Source: Ginglymostoma cirratum
Lineage: Eukaryota
Direction: 5' to 3'
Assembly: GCA_024137785.1 (NCBI GenBank)
Contig: JAHRHZ010000250.1
Span: forward strand, 580,943-644,942
DNA: 64,000 bases
Part shown: one piece after another, positions 24,508-36,940 of the stretch
Layout of the letters: every line of letters starts with the position of its first letter
Numbering within the stretch: the stretch's first letter is position 1
Made by a program: the position numbers and the translations under genes
Notes under the pieces: model-generated
Databases searched by the model: none
What the model saw: only the letters and a program-made list of their open reading frames with translations
Told to the model about the DNA's origin: nothing

Positions 24508-26913
24508 ATGGCAAACATATTCGGCAGCAGGGCGTCTTTCATTTTTCTGCACAGTGTATTGGACCTCGTTTTGGGGCAAATTCACTACTCGATTCCCGAG
24601 GAGTTGGAGTATGGGGCCTTCGTAGGGCATATCGCTGAGGATTTGAGTCTGAACGTTCGGGAATTGTCGGGCCGCAAATTTCGACTCGTCTCTGACAGCA
24701 GAAAGCAATACATGGAGGTAAATCAAAACAGTGGAATATTATTTGTCAATGCAAGAATCGACAGAGAACAGCTTTGCAGTAAAAGCTCTGCCTGCTTCCT
24801 TTCTTTTCAAATAATGCTCGAAAACCCTGTGGAAATGCATCGCGTTTCAGTGGAAATCCTGGACATAAATGATAATACACCGAGTTTTCCAAAGGACGAG
24901 TATGCTTTACGGATCAGTGAAGCCATTGCACCAGGAACGCGTTTGCCTCTTGAGAGCGCCCACGATTCGGACGTAGGCACGAATGCGATTAGCGGTTACC
25001 AGATTAGTATAAACGAACATTTTGGCCTAAAATTTCAGACCAGAAATGATGCGAGTACAAGTGCCGAACTGTTATTAGAAAAGCCCTTGGATCGTGAACA
25101 ACAATCAACTTTTGACCTTGTGCTTACTGCCGTTGACGGTGGGACTCCTCACAGATCCGGCACTGCTCGGATTCGAATTTATATTATGGACGTAAATGAT
25201 AACGCGCCGGTGTTTGATCATGAAACATACAGGACCAATGTTGAAGAAAACACCCCGAAAGGTACTCTAGTAATAAAAGTCAATGCTGTTGATGCAGATG
25301 AAGGCACAAATGCTGAGCTAACATATTCTTTCACGAGTCACGCTTCGCAAAAGGCTCGTGAGGTTTTCAAATTAGACCCAACAACCGGAGAAATCAGAGT
25401 TGAAGGAGCACTAGATTTTGAAGAATTGGCTATGTATGAGCTTGATGTAGAAGCTGTGGATAAAGGTCCCTATCCAATGGTAGGACATGCGAAAGTTATC
25501 GTCGGATTAATCGATACGAACGACAATGCCCCTGAGATTGAGGTGACGTCATTATCCAGTACAGTACCGGAAGATGCTGTGCCTGGGACCAGGATAGCTA
25601 CGATCAGTGTAAAGGATGCTGACTCCAATGAAAACGGACAAACTCAGTGTGATGTTGAAATGGATGTGCCATTTCAATTACAGACGACTGTAAGGAGCAG
25701 CTATAATTTGGTCACTAGCAGCGTTTTGGATCGGGAAACAACCCCAACATACAATATATCAATTTCGGCTCGTGACAAAGGATCTCCGCCTCTAGCCACA
25801 AGGAAGGTTCTAATTGTGTCAGTTTCTGATGTAAACGACAATGCGCCAAGATTTACACAATCCATGTACAACGTGTTTGTAATGGAAAACAATAGCCCTG
25901 GCGCTTCTTTGTTTGCTGTCACTGCTTCGGATCTAGATTTGAATCAGAATGGAGAAGTGTCCTATATCATCTTGGAAAAGCAAATAAAACATGGATCTGC
26001 CTCTCCTTATATTACGATTGACTCGAAGAGTGGAAATATTAATGCTATACTTCCATTCGACTATGAAAAGCTGAAGAGCTTTCAGTTCAAAGTTCAAGCT
26101 CGGGATGGTGGAACTCCCTCCTTGAGCAGTACTGCCATTGTGGAAGTTATTATTCTGGATCAAAATGACAATGCTCCACTTATTATTTCGCCTTCAGCGT
26201 GGAATGTTTCGTCAGCTGTGAAGATTCTGGGTCAATCGCTATACCCGGGGAATTTGGTCACCAGGGTAATCGCAACCGATGCGGATTCAGGGCAGAACAT
26301 GCGGCTTTCCTTCAAAATTCTTGAAGCCACTGATCCCAGTCTCCTCAGTGTCGGCCTTCTCACTGGAGAAATAAAAGCAGTCCGACGTTTTCAGAACTAC
26401 GACTCCACAGTACAAAGAGTAGTTATCTTGGCGCAGGATAATGGACAACCCAGTCTCTCCAGCACGTCTACAATCTACTTTTCAATCATACCCAATGACA
26501 CAGAAAAGGTCTCTGTGCATAGTCACCAAACCAGAAATTCAGAACATTTTTCGGATCTGAATGTTTATTTAATCATCTTGTTTGGTTCCACATCTTTTAT
26601 ATTTCTTGTAATCATAATTTTCCTGGTGGCGCTGAGGTGCAAACAAGCCAGGAATTCAAATTATTATGAGTCCACAAATTATTGTTGCTGTAGGCGGAGG
26701 GTGTCGAATGCTGCTTTTAGTCGGAGAGCTGTCCCGAAAGAATTGCTTAGTTACCCTGCTGGACTTCAGACGCTCCCCATTTCTGAAGGGAATCAGTACA
26801 CTGTCTGTTTATCTCCAGAATCTTCCAAAAGTGATTTCTTATTCTTGAAGCGTTGCGAAGTAACTTTCCCTCTTAATAATTTGAATGTTCATGGCAGCAG
26901 TGTCGGAAAATAA
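24508..26913 (+). CDS. Clustered protocadherin, type B copy 1 (801 aa; SP, 6 EC repeats, TM, short tail)
   Basis: YSIPEE, RIDREQLC, repeated DxNDN/LDRE/DxD motifs, TM segment and SKSDFLFLK tail. The first ATG is 24508 (the ORF track starts at an upstream TTG). Confidence 0.95.
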   Translation: MANIFGSRASFIFLHSVLDLVLGQIHYSIPEELEYGAFVGHIAEDLSLNVRELSGRKFRLVSDSRKQYMEVNQNSGILFVNARIDREQLCSKSSACFLSFQIMLENPVEMHRVSVEILDINDNTPSFPKDEYALRISEAIAPGTRLPLESAHDSDVGTNAISGYQISINEHFGLKFQTRNDASTSAELLLEKPLDREQQSTFDLVLTAVDGGTPHRSGTARIRIYIMDVNDNAPVFDHETYRTNVEENTPKGTLVIKVNAVDADEGTNAELTYSFTSHASQKAREVFKLDPTTGEIRVEGALDFEELAMYELDVEAVDKGPYPMVGHAKVIVGLIDTNDNAPEIEVTSLSSTVPEDAVPGTRIATISVKDADSNENGQTQCDVEMDVPFQLQTTVRSSYNLVTSSVLDRETTPTYNISISARDKGSPPLATRKVLIVSVSDVNDNAPRFTQSMYNVFVMENNSPGASLFAVTASDLDLNQNGEVSYIILEKQIKHGSASPYITIDSKSGNINAILPFDYEKLKSFQFKVQARDGGTPSLSSTAIVEVIILDQNDNAPLIISPSAWNVSSAVKILGQSLYPGNLVTRVIATDADSGQNMRLSFKILEATDPSLLSVGLLTGEIKAVRRFQNYDSTVQRVVILAQDNGQPSLSSTSTIYFSIIPNDTEKVSVHSHQTRNSEHFSDLNVYLIILFGSTSFIFLVIIIFLVALRCKQARNSNYYESTNYCCCRRRVSNAAFSRRAVPKELLSYPAGLQTLPISEGNQYTVCLSPESSKSDFLFLKRCEVTFPLNNLNVHGSSVGK

Positions 26914-27795
26914 TAATTTTCAACTGAAAATATTTCGTAACGATTTATTGGTGACTGGAGTTTACCTATCGTTCATGACATTTAATGCACGTATCCACGT
27001 TACCATGGCTCTAACTTGTACGGTTATTAATCATGATGCCTGTTTGGTTGATATGAATGTTGTGAATGTCTTCAGAAGAGCATGTTGTAATGACGCTAGA
27101 GTACAAAGCTCACTACTGTAACTACTGATTGTCATTATTTTGTCAAATCTAAATATTTGAAGTCGATATTCCCGTGTTCACTTGAAATGTAGCCGATAAC
27201 GTCTCTAAAATCTTTCTCTTCATTATTTTCCCTGAAAATTAGATTTTAGTTAAGAATTTCTGCAGCAGTTAGACATTTTAAAATAAGCAGCTCTTGCATA
27301 ATATCGTCAGATTTTATTCCCTGAAGTAGCTTTACCTCTTAATGATTTGAATGTTCATGGCAGCGGTGGAGCAAAGTAATAATTTTCAACTGGAAATAAT
27401 TGTTCGCGATTTATTGCTGAGTGGAGTTTATCCATTGCTCAAAATAATTAAAATGCACCTGTACTCATACACACTGCACAGATATGTGCAAATATTAATC
27501 GTCATACCTGTTTGGTTGATGCGAATATTTTGAATGGCTTCAGTCGAGCATGTTGTATTCACACTAGTGTGAAGAGCTCACTCCCTAGTTGTTGTAATTT
27601 CCCTGTTGTCAAAGGTCCGAAATATTTGAAACCAACATTCCGCTTGTAATCAGACATGTAGCTGATGACGACCCTACAACATTTCTGGTCACTCTGTTCC
27701 GTTAAAACTATAGATTTTAATTAAAAATATGTGAAGCAGTTAGACATTTTAAAACTCATATCTCTTGCGTGATATTCTTAGATTTTATTCCTTGA
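26857..27795 (+). repeat. Tandem duplication (about 470 bp) of the Pcdh C-terminus and 3' flank
   Basis: Unit 1 (26857-27324) encodes EVTFPLNNLNVHGSSVGK*. Unit 2 (27323-27795) encodes EVALPLNDLNVHGSGGAK*. Both end in gattttattcc.tga. Confidence 0.9.
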
Positions 27796-29329
27796 TCGCG
27801 TAGATTGATGTTAAAGGGGATAAATTGAGCTAAAAGCAAAGATCAAATGCACGTAATTTTGTCATTTCTGCCAGTACTGAATGATGTGGTCATCTCGTTA
27901 AATTATTTTTAAAATAAGTTTTTTTTCAGATGAGGGCAAAATGAAACAAGAGTTTGTCTTTAATTTATAAAGTTTTTTTTTTAGTAATTCAATACTTCGT
28001 TGGAGCTTAAGATTTTTCATGAAGACATTGTGAAGGAAAGTATTTAAAAACATTTCTGAAGCATATCAGGTTAAGAATAAACTGCCGTGAACTTGACGAC
28101 GTTGGATCAGCAGGTTTTAATCAATCTTAAACGTTAATGTAGAAAATATATTCGTGAACAGTAATAGGCTAGAAATTAATACAGCAGAAGCTAATTCAGA
28201 ACGAATCACTTCCATTAGTAAACATAGCCGAAGCAATCTGATTCGTCGCAGTCTCCAACTTGATTCTCTAACGCTCCCGAACATTACTAATCCAACAGAC
28301 AAATTTGGAAGTGCTTTCCTGTTTGCAGTCAAAATTACTCTTATTTAGATCGTTGTGCCTTGGCATTTTGGAGATGTAACTGTTCAATGGTTTATTTTGC
28401 AATTTTGTCCCATTCGTCAATAAATCTGACTCTTAGCATGAATTATGTTCATACTGTTAACTTAGATAGAAAAGAAGCAGTGGAAGCATGGAAAAGAATG
28501 TTTTACTGTGGGGGACAAAATTTTCTAACATACAGAGCTTAAGGTAGAAATGTGGATGCCATGGATTAGAGGCAAACTGTAAAATTTTAAAGTTATAACT
28601 CATAAGAAGACATAGCAAGTGATGAATAATAGAGGAAAGCCCACGTGCATTACAGGCATGTTGAGATGTAAATGTTATCTTCAGGCGAGCAAAATAAAAA
28701 TATGCTGCAACTAACCAAATATATTACTCTTTCCAAACGTTTAAACTGTCTAATAACATACTAATAGCTGAATGGTCGTACAATCCTTTAAATTCTGTTG
28801 ATTTTAACTTTACTAGACAGAGATTCAACATTGGCGAGAAGAGCAGATTGTGTGAGGATACTGAGATAGATAATTATCATCACCTTCATAGGCAACTGAG
28901 GTGAGGATCCTGCGATAGACAGCTTCACCTAGTTTAGTAAGTATGTGAGGAACACGAGATAAGTTGGCACCACCTTCAGGAGCATTCAAATTGAACAGCT
29001 AGCAACTGTATACAGGTATCACCAAGAAGAGTGGGCGAGGAGAGAACGTGCGACTGGTCGTCAGCCACACCCTGAGGAACCGGCAATTTGAGCGGCCTGA
29101 GACATTTAGATAGAGACAGATGCATGGTAACTGATAGGAATTGATCTTGGTCTGCTGCAAAGACAGTAGCTAGTTGTTTGCTGAGACTCTTGTAATTGAT
29201 TACAAAATTTCTATTCCTAGGTTTAATCCTAGTATAACAGTTGGTGGTGAAGATAAAGGTAGTAAAATGTGGAAAGTAACATAAACTCGTGAAAACGTAC
29301 ACAATCATTCAAAAAATATTAATTATGGG

Positions 29330-32300
29330 AGTGACGTTGATGTGCCACAGAATCTCAGAATGTGGGAATTTCAGTTTGCTCCAAAATTACAGTGTTTGAT
29401 TCCAGCTGTTGTGTTCCAGCCTTTTGCGACCGTTTGAGACGTCTGCTCATTGCTTGAAAAGAACTTTCAGTGGCAAAATTTCCAGTTCTGTGGAAATGTG
29501 GGATTTGTACTCACCTGTACTTTACCTCTACTGTGCATAACCCAGTCTTTTCGTTGTCCACATAGCTAGGAAAATAGACGGGATTTTAAATTAAACATTG
29601 AATTAAATGGGGACCAATGATCAAATATGTGATGACGCTGTAAAGTAAAGACAAGGTCAAGGTCAAATAGAAAGACAGGAAGACAGGCGGTCAGAAACAC
29701 GCTGCGACAGCCAGGAAGAGAGCGAGAGCGTGAATGCACGATTCAATCAACAAATAAAACTCGAATTTGCAAAGAGAGCAAACTGACCTAACTAAATTCT
29801 TGATTTCTGATTGAATGTAACATTTAAAACAATAAAATAACCTGAGAAATAAACTAAAAATGTAAGTAGCATCAGGTGATAAGGCTCAAGACCCGAGTCG
29901 TTTCGGTGCAGGCCATTTAAGAATGTCTGGAAAATGTGAGGCGGTGACTTTTCAGTGAAAGATTGTATCAGCATAAGAAACAGCGGTGAAGTAAGTCCAG
30001 TAAACCGAGATTGGAAACAGTTTGCATGGAAACAAGAAGTGATAGAGTCAAAGTCATTTTGGAAGAGGCATACAGACGTCTAAAAGTAACCATACTGCTC
30101 GGTTGCGAAAAGGGAACAAAAAGTGAGAGATTGTTAGAAAGGAACGGCACAAATCAATGGATACTTTACTTTTCATATTGAATGGAAAAGCCAACTGGGA
30201 AAAGATAACCTCGGTGAGGGGATCCTAGAATGTATTCGGGACACGTTTTTAGTATATTCTGAAGCTGAGAGAACACCAGTCCAAACTAGATCTAGGTTTT
30301 GTTAATAAAATAGAATTAATTCATAGTCTTCACGAGAAGAAGCCCGAGATAGTAGCAAACATAGAAAGACTGAAATTACATATCTGTTGAAGGGAGCGAG
30401 GAATCGGTTGGTGACGACTTCTAAAACTTAATTTTGGACATTAAGGTGCTCATGATAGCAGAGCTGGCCAATGTGAATTTGCAAGTTAAGTTTAAAGGAT
30501 AGGTGAATAGCGATACTGCAGGCATTTAGTGTACTATTTCAAGCCTCTTACAATAGATACATTCAAAATAGTATGACAAAATTATAGATTGGTTAAGTAG
30601 AAAAAAGATAATACCAGGCTAAAAAAGAAACAGCACACAGTTGTGCAAACTCTGGAAACATGTTAAAATGCTGGATGTAATTTATTACAGCTATTAACGG
30701 CCAAAAGCCTAATATAGATGGAAATGATAGCGTGTGAAAGACAACCGTGCAGAAATAGTAAAGCTTTCTGTCAATAGTTTAAAATACTTTGCAAAGTGAG
30801 CGTTGGTCCTGTATAAAGTGAGACTGTAGGATTAATAAACGGAAGTTAAGAAACGATACACAGATTCACCAGGTACTTTGCGTTAGTTTTCTAAATAGAG
30901 GGCACAGGTAACATTCCATGAATGGTCGTAATCAGAAAATGAAAGGCAAGGAGGAATTCAGGAGAATCACTATCACCAGAAAAATTGAGCCCTGGACAGA
31001 AACGTATTCCGCCCTGAAGAACATTATTCTACGTTGTTAACACAAGTTGATGCATTTTCCAAAACTAATTTCACAAATTTGATTTCATTTTTGTACAAAA
31101 TTCTCTTGATTCTCTGGTCTCCTTAGATCTTAAGACAGGGAATATGACTTCTTCATTAAAAAGAGAAGGTGACAGAAAGGCAATATCTACAAGACGTACG
31201 TATCCAAAATGTTACAAGTAATGATTAAAGAAGGTATTGCTCAGTAATTGTAAAAGTCCAAATTAACCTGGTGGAGACAGCATGTTTTAGTTAAATGGGA
31301 AATTATAGTTCAACAATCAATTGTAGTTCTTTGAGGAGTTAACATGTTCTGTGGATGAAGGGAACCCAGTAAGTATGCAGAACTTAGATTTCCAGTTGGC
31401 ATTTGAATAGGTGAAATATCAAAGGTTATTGAAGAAAATAGTAATTCATTCTGTAGACCGTATCATGCTGACATGAAGGGAAGATTAGAAGCATAAAGGG
31501 AAATAGAAAATAGGAAGAATACATTTTATTCCGATTGGATTGACGAAACAAATACTGATTCACAGGTATAAGTGCTGAGCCTCAGTTGTTTAAAACTTAC
31601 TTCAATTGCATGAATTAAGAGAGAGAAATTATAGTTGACAAGTTTACCAAGGACACAAGGATAATTAGGAAGGTAAATAGTGGAAGAAATTATCGTGGAA
31701 TGGTGGGGGTTGAACACCAACGTTGGGAAGTTATAATTCAATCGTACAGCGTTGTAGGACTCTGTCTTGCACGGTACTGGTCACTTTATATAAGGAAGAA
31801 GATCAATACTTTGTAAGAGGTTGATAAAAATGACTAAATTAAAGGACTTAATGGGTGTGGGGTACCTTATGAGGAAGGCATGGACCGGCTAGAATTGCGC
31901 CGTCTGCATCTGGAAAAGTGAGAGGTGATTTACTTCAAACATTTCACATCCTGGGGGATCTTGGTAACGTAGACATGGAGAGCATGTTTCATGTAATGGG
32001 AGACTCTACACCAAGGGCTCACAGTTTTAAAATCAGGGATTGCTGATTTGAAACAGAGATGAAGCAAAATATTTTACTTCAAATGTTGCAAGTTTTTGAA
32101 TTCTCTTCCTGAAGAGGTAGTGGATGCAGAATCCTTGAACATGTTTCAGGAAGAGATACGTCGATTATTGTTAAGCAAGGAGCTGAAAGTTTAACAAGGT
32201 TAAGCCGAAACCTGGATTTAAGATAACATGCAGATTAACTATGACTGATGAAGAATCAGATGAGAATCGAAATGTTGATTCTGATTCACTCTCTATAAAT

Positions 32301-32460
32301 GCTACCGGGCTTTAAGAGCTCCTCCAGTACTTTATATTCTTATTTCTGAATTCCAGCATCTGCAGTATTTTGTTTTTACCTGAATGTCTTACCTGAATGT
32401 TTTACCTGAATACCTGGAATGCTTGAGTGACCTACTCCACCTTCTAACTCGTGCATATGT
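29330..32460 (+). mobile_element. Heavily decayed CR1-like LINE
   Basis: Remnants of NARS (29733), of DFQ.AF (31385) and of a CR1-like 3' end, comparable with the reverse complement of 46947-50105. No intact ORF. Confidence 0.6.
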
Positions 32461-33469
32461 ATATATTCTAAAAATGTTATCATATCATGTTGAACCTGTT
32501 TTCAGAGCTCAATTGTAAATCGGAACGCATGACAACAGGGAGACAAAGCTAGTGTCTGCTCCTTTCAACAACTACTCTCCAGCTTTCATGTTAATACATA
32601 CCATGGCCCACCACATTTCTATCATAACCAATGTCATGGAATCTTGGTGAAGCAGGTCACCAGATCACTATATTGAGAGGATTTGTAATGAAGCAATTAA
32701 CGAAATTTATCAGATTCATTTCGGAAGTTGTTAGTGATCATAGTGCACCTTTACATTGCTCTTAGACTGTTCAATTATTCCAAAATTGAATGTCTCAGCT
32801 TGTCTTGTAAGTCACACAGTTTTTTGGTAATCATTTAATAAATTAGCATTTAAACAATGAACACAAAGATGCATTAAAGACATGCTTTCTGAATATGGAG
32901 GATAGCAGAAGTTCTTCAAGTCTGTTGTTTTTCTGTGAAACTTTGCTTGTTATTGGCCAACAACAATGTAAAGTGCCTCAAACAGCACCTGCAGCAACTA
33001 GTCTTATAGCTAGACCCATTTGAAGTAGTTTTAATGCAGACATTTCTAGGAATCAAGGATTTATGATTTTGATGCACAAGAAGTGGGCAACTTGGTTTGA
33101 CAAGACGTGCAAAACATATCACAAAACGATGGATTGTCCCTGTTGTCAAAGCTGAACACCAGCTGTGTTTCTGAATTAGATATGCATAACATCGCACTGT
33201 GCTTCATACAACTCTTATATTCGGTGGTTAAGAACAGGCCAAGATTTTTTTTTTACTCATCTTTGGTGTTATCTCTTTAGATTCTGATCAACAGATGCAG
33301 GGGAACTTGGGCCTCCAAATGTAATAGTTACGTGTAGTGATGAGAACATTTCCAGATGAGTTCCTTTGAACATGAGCAACTATAACATTTCAAGATCAAT
33401 ATTGAAGCCCAGGGTGTTGTATCTCCACGATAAGCAGCCCTCCAGTGGCAGTCTTTCAAATTCATTCAA

Positions 33470-35230
33470 GAGATGTGAACTCCACAAGTTGGCTGGCATT
33501 TATTGTACATTCCTAGTTGTTCTTGAGAAGGTGGTAGCGAGCTGCTTGCTTAAATTCCGCCGTCATTTGTCTTTTGTACACTTACAATGCATTTAGGGAG
33601 GAAGTTCTAAAATTTTGAGGCAGATGCAGTAAACATGCACTGATACAATCTCAAATAAGGACGATGCATATCTTGGAGGGGAACTTGCAAGTACTGGTGT
33701 GCTGATATATCTGCTGGATTTTCTTTCTTTCCCGTTGTAATTGTCGCATGTTTGGAAGGCGCTGCTAAAGGTGCTTTAATGAATTTCCACAATGGGCCTA
33801 ATAAATGGTACAAACTGCTGCTGTGGATCATCTGTGTAGAGGGAGTGAACGTTTCTGAATGTGATACCAATCACACGGGCTTTTTTGATCTGGATATTAT
33901 CAAATTCCTGGTGTTTTGTTGGAGCTTCATTCATCCAGGTAAGAGAGAGTCCTAACTTGTGCCTCGTTGATAGTAATCTGAGTGTGGGAAAACAAGGGAT
34001 GAATTACTCAATGCAAGATTCATAATCATTGAACTGCTGTTATAGGCACATTATTTAAATGGATGATTCAGGGTGGAAGTTCGAGTGGAATCCCGACCGT
34101 GTAGAAGCAAGCCATTTGGCCTATTCAATCGACACTGACCTGCAGAACAGGATCCCATCCAGACCCAACCCGCTAGCCTATCCATGTAACCTTGCATTTC
34201 CCATGACTAATGCACCTAGCCTGCACATTTGTGGACTGTGGTAAGAAACCAGAGCACCCAAAAGGACCCTGCGGTGAGAATGTGCAAATTGCACACCAAC
34301 AGTCAGCCGAGGCTGGAATTGAACTCAGGTCCCTGATGCTGTGAGGTAGCGATGCTTATCATCTTCCTACTGTGCCAACCTATTCAATTGCTAGTTAATG
34401 GTAATCTCTGGGATGTTGATTGTGAAGCATTCAATGATGGTAATGCATTTCAATATGAACATCTTGACTATCTGACAAGTTGTGGTACTGTACAGTTTTC
34501 AATCCTCAACGAAAATTTCTGAATGCATGATCGATCCAAGATCAACAATGGAACAGTTGAAAGCTAGGACACCAGCAAGGATTCCGTTGTGCTGAGCTGA
34601 TTAATTTCCAACAAGCATGGTCGTCAACGTGTTTGCTCAGAATGACTCCAACTTGTGATGGGTTTTCTCCTTGATTTCCATTGATTTTAGCACTTCTAAG
34701 GCTCCTTGGTACAAGAATCGGTCAAGTGTGGCTTGATGACAAGGTCAGTCACTATCAATTCACCTCGGGAAAGTTTTCTTTCATTTTTGGTGCAAGGCTT
34801 TATTGAGGCCAAGAGCTGAGTGGCTCTGGCAAGACTTAATTTGCGCGACCTGAGCTGGTTATTCTGGAGAAAGTGGTTTTTGATAGTTCTGTTGCTGCCA
34901 GCTTTCATCACTTTCCCGATGATTGTGAGTAGACTGATTTAGCAATGATTGCAAAATCCGTACAGGACACACTCAGGTAATTATTCACATTGTCCTGTAA
35001 TTGCCACAGTTGCAACTGTCCTGGAACAGCCTAGGTAAGCAGTGGCAGATTCTGGAGCACAGTTCATCAGTGTTATTGCTGGAACGTTGTGAGGGTCCAA
35101 TGACTTTGCAATGTTCAGTGTCTCCAACTGTTTCTGATATCACGTGACCTGAATGGAAATATCTTTAGCCTGGCACCTGTGATAGTTGGGTTATCTGCAG
35201 TTGGCTGTTCTGAATCATACACTCGGCACT
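33470..35230 (-). mobile_element. Decayed LINE fragments of the 7938 family
   Basis: Colinear similarity to 7950-8640 and 8900-9580. Confidence 0.6.
34080..34378 (-). mobile_element. HE1-like tRNA-derived SINE
   Basis: gaaaccagagcaccc...gagaatgtgcaaa...gaggctggaattgaactcaggtccctgatgctgtgagg resembles shark HE1/V-SINEs. B-box-like motif on the minus strand. Confidence 0.65.
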
Positions 35231-35289
35231 TGGAGTCAGAGTGCCATTGATATGTACAGACTGGGAATGGACACTCATCCATGCTGACC

Positions 35290-35870
35290 CGATATCCCAA
35301 ATAAGTCTCTTCCCATTTGCCAGCATTAGGTCAATATCTCTCTCGACTCCTCCTATTAATATTGCTATCTAGATGCAGTTTAAATGTTGTAACTGTAACA
35401 GCCTACACCACTTCATCGGATAGTTCATCCCATATATGCACCACGTTTTGATTGAGAAAGTTGTCCCTTAATTTCTTTTTAATTCTTTCCCCTCTGATCA
35501 TACATCTCTGCCCTCTAGTTTTGGCCTCCCTTGCCCTGGGTAGAAAAAAATGTTCTTGATTATTCATGTCCCTCGTGGTTTTCTAAACTTTTGTAAGGTC
35601 GCCCCTCAGCTTTCGATGCCCCAGAGAAAATGGCCCAGCCTATTCAGTCTCTCTCTGTAGCTGAAACCCTCCAACTCTAGCAACAACCTTCTGAATCTTT
35701 ACTTAACCCTTTCAAGTTTCACAACATCTTTCCTATCGGAGGGAGACCAGAATTGCATGCAGTATTCCAATAGTGGCCTGTCCAATGCCCTGCACACCCA
35801 CAACATGACCTCTCAACTCCTATAATCAATGAACAAAGGCAAGTGTATCAAAGGCCCACTTCATTACTCT
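35290..35870 (-). mobile_element. CR1 3' fragment
   Basis: Similar to 46980-47600 (cagtattccaatagtggcct, ccctctagtttt). Confidence 0.65.
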
Positions 35871-36165
35871 GTTTACATTGACTAGCATTTTGATTGACAG
35901 TATAACCTATCAAATTAGGATTTAACTTGGCTCATTGCCTGACTTTTAGATTCAATAATATTTTAGTAATATCAGGGGCTTTCAGACAAGACAGTGAGTG
36001 TCCAGAAGTTGAAAGTATTCCTCTTAGACATGGCTGAACAGGTATATAATAGTCAGAGAAATTAAAAAAAACCTAATATATCTTCATTGTTCTAAAATGG
36101 ATGTTGACTCCCCCAACCCCCACCCCATGAACTAAAACAGAAATAGCAAAAGAGGAGCACCTCGT

Positions 36166-36940
36166 GTTATAATCTGTAATATGATCAGGAATATGAAAAG
36201 TGGAGTAACCTGCTTCTCAGCAACTCCCAGTGGTTGAATAAAATACATCTTTGACATTAATTTTAATATCAACAAGCAACAATTTATTTGTTTAACCCTA
36301 ACAGTAAACAAATTAATTAAACTATTAACAAACCGAATAAACCACTTCTAAATACTAACTTTCCTGAAAAAAAAACAAGATTCTAATGGTATATTGTACC
36401 AATAAATACAAGTCTTACTGTATGAATTTTTTAAAAAAATGTATTGTCTCAAAATTACATCCAGGTTATGTGTCTTCTGGAATGTCCCGTGCCTTCTCCA
36501 TCGAATCTTCTGTTAGGAACACCTTTTCTGTTGATTCCTCTGTGAGGAATATTAATTAGTTGTGACTTAGGTAACTTTGCTCTTTTAGATGGTGCTTTCT
36601 CTAAAACTTAGAGAAGACTGCAAGAGCCAAGGATTCTTTCTTGAGAGCCGAGAGCTGCTAACTCTGGCCGATGGCAGTTCACTCTCCTGTATGTATCCGT
36701 CTGCCCTCTTCTTTTATACTCTTGATGACGTATCAATTTCTTACAATAGCGTTGGCCTGATGTTATCAAAACCATCAGGTATAAATTTAATTGTTCTTTG
36801 GTATCTAAGTGTCTGGTTCAAATTGATTGGCTAAATTCAAAAATTTGTTGCCTGTGTAACAAAACAAAACTGCTTTGCCATTTAATTTTACTGCTATTTG
36901 CTGCAAATGTTTCAAATCCGGCGCTCTCCGTGTGCTGTCA
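36166..36940. mobile_element. Possible LTR remnant
   Basis: Begins tgtt, ends tgtca, and has LTR-like AT-rich composition with promoter and polyA-like motifs on the minus strand. No partner LTR identified. Confidence 0.3.

Larger units (their letters stand above)
18580..30410 (+). repeat. Segmental duplication, copy 1 (paralogous to 50115-64000)
   Basis: Colinear anchors: 18608/50139 (atcaagacttgcgctgataagaagcaa), 20340/52960, 21650/55470, 22320/56500, 24220/57720, 28100/61130, 29600/63180, 30390/63990. Confidence 0.9.

Noticed and set aside
25701-26163. Antisense ORFs duplicated at 59202-59664
   Set aside because: Shadows of the Pcdh reading frame, repeated only because the genes are near-identical.
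32377-32421. Short tandem (ttacctgaatgt)n, also 41040-41085 and 54965-54995
   Set aside because: Ordinary micro/minisatellite slippage with no spacer structure. Not CRISPR-like.
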